NCBI GenBank assembly: GCA_036336835.1
Contig: JAYZFK010000062.1
Location: 1 to 64,000 of the forward strand
Length of the DNA: 64,000 nt
DNA from: Myxococcota bacterium
Lineage (GTDB): Bacteria; Myxococcota_A; UBA9160; UBA4427
Reading direction: 5' to 3'
The notes below the pieces were generated by a model. It had not been told where the DNA came from. It saw only the letters and a program-made list of their open reading frames with translations, and did not search any database. Positions 38,524 to 46,829 of this stretch are shown piece after piece (position 1 is the first letter of the stretch; every line of letters starts with the position of its first letter). A program made the position numbers and the translations under genes.

Positions 38524-39063
38524 ATGTCGCACTGGTTCCTGCTATCGGCCATCGGTCGCGACAAGCCCGGTCTCGTCGCCGAGCTTGCACAGCTGATCTA
38601 CGACGCCGACGCCAACCTCGAGGATTCGCGGATGACGATCCTCGGCAGCGACTTCGCCGTGATCCTGCTCTGTTCCTCTGCGCGCGGCGAGACTGCTGAC
38701 GACATCTCCCTCGGAGCCAAGCGTCTCGAACGAGACCACGGCCTCACGATCCTGCTGCGAAGCCTCGAAGTAGGACCGCGGCCCTCGATCCCGGCTCCTG
38801 GTACACGCCTCTACACTCTGGCCGCCGCCGGCGAGGACCGGGCCGGCATCGTCGCCAGCATTTGCCGAATTCTCGCCGACCGATCCGTCAACATCGCGGA
38901 CCTGTCGACCGCCAGCCGCCCGGGCCCCGGAGGCTCTCCCCACTACGAGCTCCAGATGAACATCGAAATTCCCGAAACCCCGGACCCAAAGCGACTCCGA
39001 GATGACCTGGAAGCCGAGGCCGACCGCCTGGTCATCGACGTGTCCCTGATGCCCAGGAAATGA
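38524..39063 (+). CDS. gcvR: Double-ACT domain protein, GcvR-like
   Basis: AIGRDKPGLV..NLEDSRM and AGEDRAGIV..VNIADL; adjacent to bcp as in enterobacteria. Confidence 0.8.
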   Translation: MSHWFLLSAIGRDKPGLVAELAQLIYDADANLEDSRMTILGSDFAVILLCSSARGETADDISLGAKRLERDHGLTILLRSLEVGPRPSIPAPGTRLYTLAAAGEDRAGIVASICRILADRSVNIADLSTASRPGPGGSPHYELQMNIEIPETPDPKRLRDDLEAEADRLVIDVSLMPRK

Positions 39064-39117
39064 CGACTCGGCGATGACGAGGCTCGACGAGTGTCGTCGC
39101 ACGGATCCTGAAGGGTC

Positions 39118-39756
39118 CTACTCTACGAGAGCGTTCCGCGCGACGGACCAGCGGGAGGGGAGCGGCGTCCCGACGATCCCGAAGAAGTCCTCCAGAAAGG
39201 CATAGGTCAGGCCCCAGACCACGTGGCGACCCGGCTCTCCGACCAGAATGCCCGGGAAGCGCATCGTCACGCCAGGAGCGGTGTACGGCACCTGACGCTC
39301 GGATTCGTGCAACGCCCGCAGCGGAAACCAGAACGCTTGCGCCACCTCCAACCGGTCGATCACGAGAGGCACCTCCCGCTCGAGCAGGTAGACGTGGCCC
39401 GAGATCACCAGCCCTTGCTGCTTCACAGGGCCACGCCCGGTCAGATCGGTCAGCCGCCCGATGTGCTGCGCTTCCTGCAGTGCGATCCCGACCTCTTCGT
39501 AGGTCTCGCGCTCAGCCGCCGCCCGCGGATGCGCGTCACCGGGATCCAGGCGACCGCCGGGAAAGGCCATGTGTCCCGACCAGGGATCGCCCTCGTGGCG
39601 CGCGCGCTCGATGAACAGCACCTCGGCGCCGGCATCGCGGGCCCGCAAGATCATGGCCACCGCGGCACGGCGCCTGCCCGCTCCCGGGAGCGTCTCTGGA
39701 GCGTGCGCAGCGAGTGCCCGGGTGATGTCCTCGAGGTCGATCACGCGCCCAACCAT
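39118..39756 (-). CDS. Nudix hydrolase, CoA pyrophosphatase type
   Basis: AAVAM, WSGHMAFPGG, AAERETYEEVG, VWGLT. Start 39756 or GTG 39744. Confidence 0.92.
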   Translation of the reverse strand: MVGRVIDLEDITRALAAHAPETLPGAGRRRAAVAMILRARDAGAEVLFIERARHEGDPWSGHMAFPGGRLDPGDAHPRAAAERETYEEVGIALQEAQHIGRLTDLTGRGPVKQQGLVISGHVYLLEREVPLVIDRLEVAQAFWFPLRALHESERQVPYTAPGVTMRFPGILVGEPGRHVVWGLTYAFLEDFFGIVGTPLPSRWSVARNALVE

Positions 39757-39796
39757 AGGCGCGTGCGTCCTCGCTTTCATGCGTTAGCTTGCGCCA

Positions 39797-40993
39797 ATGG
39801 ACTCCGCCCCTCCCGCCCCTGGAGCCCCGGTTGCGGCGCGCCAGGTGCTGGCGCTCTCGCGCCGCGACAAGCGCGCCGCCGAGGCGGCTCTCGCGGGTCT
39901 GGAGCTGGAGCAGCAAATCGCGGTCGTCTGCGAGGCCCCTGCTCGCGATCGCGCGCGACTGCTCGAGCTGCTGCCCGAGCCCGAGACGGTGGTTCCGCTG
40001 CTGCCCGACGCCGAGTTGGTCTTCACGGTCAAGGCAGTCGGTCTCGACGATGCGAGCTGGCTGCTCGAACACGCCTCGCCTCGGCAACTGGCCACCTGCT
40101 TCGACCTCGATGCCTGGGTCGGTCTCCAGCCGGACCGCACGAAACTCGTCGACTGGTTTGCCGTCCTGGCGGAAGCGAACTCGGAGACGCTCGTGCGCGC
40201 CGCGCACGCGATTGACCCCGAAGTGCTGACGCTCTACCTGCGCGACCAGATCGACGTGATGCTCGATCCGAAGGACGAGGAGTGGCAGCCGCCGCCCGGC
40301 GCGCAGACCCTCGAGGGTCAGTTCTACTTCGCTGCTCGCAAGGAGGGCGACGACATCGCCCCACTGCTGAAGCTCCTGCACGCACTGTTCGAGTCCGACT
40401 ACTGGCTCTACTTCCGGATGATGCAGGCGGTGATGTGGGAGCTGGAACCCGAGCTCGAGGAGTACGCGCTACGCTGGCGCACCGGTCGCATCGAAGATCT
40501 GGGCTTCCCACCCTGGGACGAGGCGATGCGCATCTACGGCTTCCTGCGACCAGCGCAACGGACGATTCTCGCAGAGCGACCCTCGCAGCACGGTACGAGT
40601 GCGTGGGACTTCCCGGTCTGGATTCCGGATCTCCCGTCGATCGCGAGCCGCAATCACGCGCTGTTCCAGGCCGCCTTCGAACTCGACGACGCGGGCCGCC
40701 GAGACTTCTTCTATGCGTTCGTCGCGCTGTCCAACAAGGTCGCCGTCGCGGACCGCATGCCACTCGGAGACGTAGAGACGTTGCCCGCGGCGGTCGAGAA
40801 GGCGGCCGAGATCGCAAGCGCCGGGCTCGAGCACGTGGCGACCGAGATTGGTCTCCGACCGCGAGAAGTCGTCGAGCGAAGCACACTCGAGTATCTGTTC
40901 CGCGTGGGCGCGAGCCTCAATCCCGATGACGCGCGACCAGCCTGGCTGGCGAAGGTGATGGAAGACACCGACGACGCCAGCGAGGAAGCCTGA
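39797..40993 (+). CDS. DUF6178-like conserved protein
   Basis: VKAVGLDDA, CFDLDAW, ELEEYALRWRTGRIEDLGFP, LFRVG; family recognised from memory. Confidence 0.7.
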   Translation: MDSAPPAPGAPVAARQVLALSRRDKRAAEAALAGLELEQQIAVVCEAPARDRARLLELLPEPETVVPLLPDAELVFTVKAVGLDDASWLLEHASPRQLATCFDLDAWVGLQPDRTKLVDWFAVLAEANSETLVRAAHAIDPEVLTLYLRDQIDVMLDPKDEEWQPPPGAQTLEGQFYFAARKEGDDIAPLLKLLHALFESDYWLYFRMMQAVMWELEPELEEYALRWRTGRIEDLGFPPWDEAMRIYGFLRPAQRTILAERPSQHGTSAWDFPVWIPDLPSIASRNHALFQAAFELDDAGRRDFFYAFVALSNKVAVADRMPLGDVETLPAAVEKAAEIASAGLEHVATEIGLRPREVVERSTLEYLFRVGASLNPDDARPAWLAKVMEDTDDASEEA

Positions 40994-40997
40994 CGCA

Positions 40998-41029
40998 CAG
41001 GGCCCGCCAGCAAATGCCGACGGGCCCTG
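40998..41029 (-). terminator. Stable hairpin between the convergent DUF6178 and histone genes
   Basis: Minus strand CAGGGCCCGUCGGC-AUUU-GCUGGCGGGCCCUG, a 14-bp stem with two G-U pairs. No U-tract. Confidence 0.55.
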
Positions 41030-41056
41030 CGAGCTCAGAGCTTCGAGCGAGACCGA

Positions 41057-41272
41057 CTAGAGGTCGACCGCCTTCAGCGTCTTCCGCTTGTTGCCGATCG
41101 CACGCGCCTCGGCGTCCTTGATCAACTGCCGAACCACGCCGTCGAGTGCACCGTAGAACTCCCCGCCCACGTTGCACTTCTTGACGGCGTTCTTGGTCCG
41201 GGTCTTCGAGATGATGAGCTCCACCTTCGCCGAGCGGCGACGAGCGGCCTTCTTCTTTTTCCGAGCTGCCAT
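41057..41272 (-). CDS. Bacterial histone-fold protein (71 aa) with basic N-terminal tail
   Basis: MAARKKKKAARRRSAK followed by ELIISK..NVGGEFYGALD..LIKDAEARAIGNKRKTLKAVDL. The C-terminal RKTxxxxDL is the histone L2/alpha3 motif. SD GAGGA. Confidence 0.88.
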   Translation of the reverse strand: MAARKKKKAARRRSAKVELIISKTRTKNAVKKCNVGGEFYGALDGVVRQLIKDAEARAIGNKRKTLKAVDL

Positions 41273-41420
41273 TTGTTCTAGTTCCTCTCTAGCATCGCCA
41301 TCGATTGCCACTCGCGGACCAACCAGCCAACGGGGCAGTGATCCCCTGCGAGCGACGGGTAACGATGACCCCTTGTGGATCGTGATCCCCGAGATGCCTC
41401 GAGCATCTCGGTAGCGGCGG

Positions 41421-41448
41421 AGCATAATGCATGAAAGTGACGAGGCAA
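41421..41448 (-). promoter_or_regulatory. Putative sigma70 promoter of the histone gene (TTGCCT-N16-TATGCT)
   Basis: -35 at 41448-41443, -10 at 41426-41421. The predicted TSS near 41414 is followed directly by a 9-bp hairpin. Confidence 0.55.
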
Positions 41449-41559
41449 GCAGAAAACACACGGAGAGCGCCTCTCCGTGCCGATTTAGAGGGGCACTTTC
41501 TTTCGCGTCCCGCCGACGCCACTGATCCGCGCCACGCGATCGGTTAGCCTCCGCACGAC

Positions 41560-42381
41560 GTGGAGCCGCGCAGCAAAAGCTTCCTCGTGAGCGAATCCGG
41601 CACCCGCCTCCACTCGCTGCGGTGGGGCGATCGGGACCTCCCGCCGCTCGTTCTGCTGCACGGCGGGGGCGCCAATGCACACTGGTGGGACCACCTTGCC
41701 CCGGCATTCGCGGACCGATTTCACGTGGTGGCGCTTGACTTTCGGGGCCACGGCGACTCGGATCGGCCCGCCGATCCGATGCCCGGAGCGTTCAACGACG
41801 ACCTCGCGGCACTGTTACTCGACCTCGGCCAACGCCCCGCCACGCTCGTCGGCCACTCGATGGGCGCCCATGTGGCGCTCGATCACGCAGCGCGCCATTT
41901 GCCGCCCGCGCTCGTCCTGCTCGACCCATCTCGGGGAGGTGACGAGCGTCACAGCCGCAGACTTCGACTGGCGCTCAGCCTTCGGCAGAGTTACGCCCGA
42001 CGCGAGGACGCCATCGATCGCTACCGCTTCCTTCCGGACTCCGTGCACGCGAGCGAGACGCTCCGCCGCAGCGTCGCCGAGCACTCGGTCGATCAGAACC
42101 CCGACGGCAGCTGGGGCTACAAGTTCGACCCGCGCTGGTTCGGGCTGCCCCGCGGAGCCCGGCCGGATCCCCAGTGCGTCACGTGCCCGACCCTCGTGGT
42201 CCGCGGCGCCGAGAGCAAGATCCTCTCCGAAGAGGGCGCCCGGGCGCTGCGCGACGAGCTCCCCCACGGCGAGCTCGTCACCCTCGCCAGGGCGGGACAT
42301 CACGTACAGATCGACCGACCCGACGAACTGATCCGCGCCATCCGCGATTTCCTCGAGCGACACCCGATTTCACTTTCGTGA
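41560..42381 (+). CDS. Alpha/beta hydrolase
   Basis: LHGGGANAHWW, DFRGHGDS, GHSMG, AGHHV. Confidence 0.92.
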   Translation: MEPRSKSFLVSESGTRLHSLRWGDRDLPPLVLLHGGGANAHWWDHLAPAFADRFHVVALDFRGHGDSDRPADPMPGAFNDDLAALLLDLGQRPATLVGHSMGAHVALDHAARHLPPALVLLDPSRGGDERHSRRLRLALSLRQSYARREDAIDRYRFLPDSVHASETLRRSVAEHSVDQNPDGSWGYKFDPRWFGLPRGARPDPQCVTCPTLVVRGAESKILSEEGARALRDELPHGELVTLARAGHHVQIDRPDELIRAIRDFLERHPISLS

Positions 42382-42408
42382 GAGAATCGCCGTCAGGAGG
42401 TATCGAAC

Positions 42409-43824
42409 GTGACCGATTGGCTGCATCGCTCGCTAGTCGAGCTGCTCGCGTCGCTCGAGGCGGGCAAGGTCTCGGCGGTCGAGATCGCAACCGAAGTCCT
42501 CGCACGGATCGAAGAAACCCAACCGACACTCAACGCGTTTACCGCGCGACGTGATCCCGATGCTGTCCTGACGGAAGCACGGGACGCGGATGCGCGCCGC
42601 CATCGCGGCGATGCACGCCCGCTTGAAGGAATTCCGCTAGGCGTCAAGGATCTCGAGGATGTGGGGGGGATGGTCACGAGCGAGGGTTCGGTTCCGTTTC
42701 GGGACAATCTCGCCGACCGCGACTCGATCCAGGTAGAACGCCTGCGCGCCGCCGGTGCGATCGTCGTAGGCAAGACCAACACTCCGGAGTTCGGCTACAC
42801 CGCGATCACGAAGAACCTCCTGTTCGGCACGACGCGCAACCCATGGGACCTCGAACGAACTCCCGGTGGCTCGAGCGGCGGCTCGTCCGCCGCGATCGCG
42901 GGCGGCGTCATTCCCATGGCGACCGCCAGCGACGGAGGTGGCTCGATCCGCATCCCAGCGTCATGTACGGGGCTGGTCGGTCTCAAGGTAAGCTACGGAC
43001 GCGTGCCGAAGGGACCGAGCGCGCACTGGGACATCAATCAGACCTCGGTCTACGGACCGCTCACCCGCACCGTCGAGGACGCTGCGCTGCAGCTCGACCT
43101 GACCTGCGGCCCGCACCCGCTCGATCCGTACTCGCTCGCTGCACCGACGGGATCGTACCGCGCCGGTCTGCAAGATCTTCCCTCGGGCCTGCGCATCGCC
43201 TGGTCGGCCGATCTCGGATTCGCGGCGGTTCAGTCCGACGTTGGCGAGATCGCCGAGCAAGCGGCGCTTTCGTTCGAAGAGCTCGGCCACAGCATCGAAG
43301 CCATCTCTGGGGGACCGCCCGAACCCGGCGGCGACTGGGGCCTGGTGGGCGCGCACGAGGCACTCTCGAGGCTCGCGCCCCTGCTGCCGGAGCACGAACA
43401 CGAGTTCGGTCGCGGCTATCTGAACGGAGTGAAGATGGCCGCGCATCTCACCCCCGAAAGGTGGGGCGCGTATCGCGAACGGCGTGAGCAGCTCAATCGC
43501 TGGTGCGCCGAGCTGTTCGGAAGCTACGACCTGCTGCTCACACCGACGCTTCCGTACGACCCGCCTCTGGCCGGTGGGCCGCTGCTCGCGGAGGTCGAAG
43601 GCCAACGCCAGCCGGCCGCAAACATCGGCAGCTTCACGATGCCCTTCAACCTGTCGTGGCATCCCGCGGCCTCGGTGCGAGCGGGAATTTCGAAGGCCGG
43701 GTTGCCCGTCGGCCTCCAGATCGTTGCACCCCGCCACCGGGACGACCTCGTGCTGCAAGCCGCCTTCGCCTTCGAGCAGGCGCGGCCTTGGCACCCGCAG
43801 TGGCCGGAGACACCGGTCGCCTGA
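42409..43824 (+). CDS. Amidase signature family enzyme
   Basis: GIPLGVKD, GKTNTPEFG, PGGSSGGS, SDGGGSIRIPAS, GLPVGLQ; AGGAGG SD. Confidence 0.95.
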   Translation: MTDWLHRSLVELLASLEAGKVSAVEIATEVLARIEETQPTLNAFTARRDPDAVLTEARDADARRHRGDARPLEGIPLGVKDLEDVGGMVTSEGSVPFRDNLADRDSIQVERLRAAGAIVVGKTNTPEFGYTAITKNLLFGTTRNPWDLERTPGGSSGGSSAAIAGGVIPMATASDGGGSIRIPASCTGLVGLKVSYGRVPKGPSAHWDINQTSVYGPLTRTVEDAALQLDLTCGPHPLDPYSLAAPTGSYRAGLQDLPSGLRIAWSADLGFAAVQSDVGEIAEQAALSFEELGHSIEAISGGPPEPGGDWGLVGAHEALSRLAPLLPEHEHEFGRGYLNGVKMAAHLTPERWGAYRERREQLNRWCAELFGSYDLLLTPTLPYDPPLAGGPLLAEVEGQRQPAANIGSFTMPFNLSWHPAASVRAGISKAGLPVGLQIVAPRHRDDLVLQAAFAFEQARPWHPQWPETPVA

Positions 43825-43942
43825 CGCAACACTCTCGCGTGTCGGTCTGAATCCGTGCGGTCGGGCCGATCACCTGCTCGCCCCGCGCGCTTGCGCCTGC
43901 TCGCGCAAGCGCTACTGGTTCACCCATGGGGCGGGGAGTCGT

Positions 43943-44401
43943 TTGATTACGACGGCGATGGCGGTACTGATCTCGACCGAACGCGAGCGAGTCTGGCGGG
44001 CTCTCGCCGACTCCTCGGAGGTCGTTCGCTGGGACGATTCCCGCACGGCACTAATCGATCGTGAATGCACCTATCCGGTGATCGGAGAGCAGTTCCGCTG
44101 GCGCTCGAAGCTCGGCGGTGTCGCGCTGGTGCTCAACGAGACCCCGATCGAGGTCGAGCCACCTGGACGGCTTGCCGTCACCTGCAGCATGGGGAGCCTC
44201 CGCTACGAGGAGCTCTTCCTGCTGGCCGCCGAGGCTGACGGTCGCGCCCACAACGAGCGCACCCGCGTTTCGCTCAAGCTCTCGACAGGCAACCGACTGC
44301 AGCTGCTCGGAACCGACCTCGATCGCTTCGAGCTCCGCGAGATGTTGATCGGTCGTGTCGACCGCACACTTCGCTCGCTGCAGAAGTGGTGCGAGAACTG
44401 A
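43943..44401 (+). CDS. SRPBCC family protein
   Basis: ISTERERVWRAL..VVRWD, EVEPPGRL, C-terminal helix LRSLQKWCE. TTG start after GGGGAG. Confidence 0.75.
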   Translation: MITTAMAVLISTERERVWRALADSSEVVRWDDSRTALIDRECTYPVIGEQFRWRSKLGGVALVLNETPIEVEPPGRLAVTCSMGSLRYEELFLLAAEADGRAHNERTRVSLKLSTGNRLQLLGTDLDRFELREMLIGRVDRTLRSLQKWCEN

Positions 44402-44416
44402 TCCCACCTCGGGCTC

Positions 44417-44730
44417 CTAGATGTGGAGCTCCTCGCGCACCCAGCGCGCCCGATCCGCGAAGCGCGAACGCGACAATACCGACAGGTCGACGTCCTCGTA
44501 GCGCCCGTCCGAGATCAAAGCGGCCATTGCGCGCCCGTCGCAGTCGTTTTCACCAGCTCCAACACCTCCACCGCAGCAACGCACCGCTGGCTTCCGGCGC
44601 TACCCGCCACGCGGTCGGTTTCGACTCCGACCACGTAGTGCCGGTTGAAGAAGCACACCCCCGCCGCCTCGGCCTCCTTGCGATAGCGCTACCGCACGGC
44701 GTTCGGATTTACCAGACCATCGCGGGAAGC
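44417..44730 (-). pseudogene. Remnant of an FAD-dependent oxidoreductase (DAO/sarcosine-oxidase-like)
   Basis: Fragment 1 SRDGLVNPNAVR*RYRKEAEAAGVCFFNRHYVVGVE has an in-frame stop. Fragment 2, in another frame, is GRAMAALISDGRYEDVDLSVLSRSRFAD..EELHI*, the family's typical C-terminus. Confidence 0.6.
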
Positions 44731-44768
44731 GGTTCACGAGCCTGCACCATCGCCCCCGGGTGAGCGCG

Positions 44769-45707
44769 TCATTCAGCTTCTTCGAGCTGGTCGGCCTCCG
44801 GCTGCCACACCTCGGTGTCACGATGGAACGTCTTCCACGCGAACCAGTAGGCGTCGGTCACCTCGATTTCGTCAGGAATCTCCCAGCTGAACGAACTGGC
44901 CGCAACGTCGTAGGCAATACGGATCCGGTGGCCCTCGAATTCGTCTACGATCCGGCCTCCCGCCGCCGTCAGCACGGGCCCGAGATAGGCACGGGCCTTG
45001 TCGCCAGCAACCACGCCCAGCACGCCCGCCTTCGGATGGAATCGGTCGTCGCGCACCGAGACCGGGAAGGGAACCGTGTCCGAGATCCAGTACTCGTGGA
45101 AGCGGCTGTACCGGTAGTCGATGCGCCTGGGCAACGGACGCTCGAGTACGCGCGTCTCGGGATGGCGGTGCCGCCACACCACAAACGCCTCCTGTCTCGA
45201 GCGGATACGTCGCAAGCGAGTCCCCTGCTTCGGCCCACTGACCGCTAGTCCGAGCAGCTGGGACCACAAGCTCTCGCTGCCACGGTCGTAGAGCAGGAAG
45301 TTCGACTCGTAGAGTAGACCCGAAACGCCAAACTGCAGTGGCTCACCGTCCACGCGCGCATCGAACGCGATCGGTGTCCCCGCGATCGGATCGTAGGTCA
45401 CCACCACCGGCTGTCCCGAGAATTCGTCGTTCACGACCTGGTGATATTCGAGCAGATGAACCGGGTACGCGCGAGCGTCTCCGTCGATCTCGAGCCCGAT
45501 CACCTGGGTATCGTCCGCAGCCCAGGTCGCCGCCTCGACCCCGACGAACCGAGGCTCATCCACCGACCGAATTCCGTCCCGCGCGGGCCCCCCGGCCAGA
45601 ATCGCCCCGGCCGGAACCGATGCCCCGTCGACCGAAAACCCATTCAGCTCATCCGCCGCGCCAGCGGGGAGTGAAGCGAACAACAGTCCGAGAACGAGCC
45701 CACGCAC
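44769..45707 (-). CDS. DUF3179 domain exported protein
   Basis: Signal peptide; GGPARDGIRSVDEP, ARAYP, HQVVND, FGVSGLLYESN, YDRGSESLWSQ, YWFAW. Confidence 0.88.
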   Translation of the reverse strand: MRGLVLGLLFASLPAGAADELNGFSVDGASVPAGAILAGGPARDGIRSVDEPRFVGVEAATWAADDTQVIGLEIDGDARAYPVHLLEYHQVVNDEFSGQPVVVTYDPIAGTPIAFDARVDGEPLQFGVSGLLYESNFLLYDRGSESLWSQLLGLAVSGPKQGTRLRRIRSRQEAFVVWRHRHPETRVLERPLPRRIDYRYSRFHEYWISDTVPFPVSVRDDRFHPKAGVLGVVAGDKARAYLGPVLTAAGGRIVDEFEGHRIRIAYDVAASSFSWEIPDEIEVTDAYWFAWKTFHRDTEVWQPEADQLEEAE

Positions 45708-45749
45708 AGGAACCTCCGCCCGGCACCGACTCCGATCCGAGAGGAGCGA

Positions 45750-46787
45750 CTACAGCAACTCCTCGGCCATCAACCGAATCGCATCCTCACCGCCCCCGAC
45801 CAGCAACGTGCCCACCTGACCCTTGGCGCCGGCATCCTTCCACGCCCCCAGGCGATCGCGAACGCGATCGGCCGGGCCGCAGAGCGCGATCTGGTCGATC
45901 AGTTCATCCGGAACCGCCGCGATGGCCTCGCCCCGCTTGCCGTCGAGGAAGAGATCCTGGATTTGCTTCGCCTCCGCTTCGAAGCCCATCCGGACGGCGT
46001 AGTCGTTGTAGAAGTTCTTCTTGCGCGATCCCATGCCGCCGACGTACAGCGCGACCATCGACTTCACCGGCAGCCTGCACTTCTCGAGGTCATCGCCGAT
46101 CACCACGGTAACCGCCGGTGCGACGTCGAAGTCATCGAGTGACTTGCCGCCTCCCGCGCTGGCGAAGCCCTCCTTGAGCGGCTCCTCGAACAACTCGAAA
46201 CGCTCCGGGTTCATCCACAGCGGGAACACTCCGTCGGCTACCTCGCCCGCGCAGCGCACGCCGTTCGGCGAGATGGCGGCCGTGTAGATCTGCAGCGACG
46301 GGTCGCCGTGCAGGATGCTCTTGAGCGCCTTCCCCTGCCCGGTGGTGCCGGGCCCGACGTTGGGGATCGTGTAGTGCTCGCCCTCGTGCGTGAGCGGCGC
46401 TTCGCGCTTCAGAATGTCGCGAATGATCTTGATGTACTCGCGCGTGCGCGTCAGCGGCTTGCCATATGGCACCCCGTACCAGCCCTCGACCACCTGCGGA
46501 CCCGACGGGCCGAGACCGAGCACGAAGCGTCCACCCGACAACCCGTGCAGCGTCATCGCTGTCATCGCCGTCATCGAGGGCGCGCGCGCGGGCATCTGCA
46601 TGATCGCCGTACCGGCCTTGATCGTCGACGTGAGCGCCAGGATCCAGGCCGCGGGCGAGACCGCATCCGATCCATATGCCTCCGCGGTCCAGACGCAATC
46701 GTACCCGAGCGACTCGGCCAGCAGGATCTTGTCCATGTCGAGCTGCATTGTCGCAGGCGAATAGCCGGCCATGATACTGAGCTTCAT
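45750..46787 (-). CDS. LLM-class F420-dependent oxidoreductase (Rv3520c-like)
   Basis: WTAEAYGSDA, GLGPSGPQVVEGWYG, LYVGGMGS..NFYN. Confidence 0.92.
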   Translation of the reverse strand: MKLSIMAGYSPATMQLDMDKILLAESLGYDCVWTAEAYGSDAVSPAAWILALTSTIKAGTAIMQMPARAPSMTAMTAMTLHGLSGGRFVLGLGPSGPQVVEGWYGVPYGKPLTRTREYIKIIRDILKREAPLTHEGEHYTIPNVGPGTTGQGKALKSILHGDPSLQIYTAAISPNGVRCAGEVADGVFPLWMNPERFELFEEPLKEGFASAGGGKSLDDFDVAPAVTVVIGDDLEKCRLPVKSMVALYVGGMGSRKKNFYNDYAVRMGFEAEAKQIQDLFLDGKRGEAIAAVPDELIDQIALCGPADRVRDRLGAWKDAGAKGQVGTLLVGGGEDAIRLMAEELL

Positions 46788-46829
46788 CGTGTCCCCTTCG
46801 AGGTCTCGAGTTGGTCGACCCGGCCGAGT

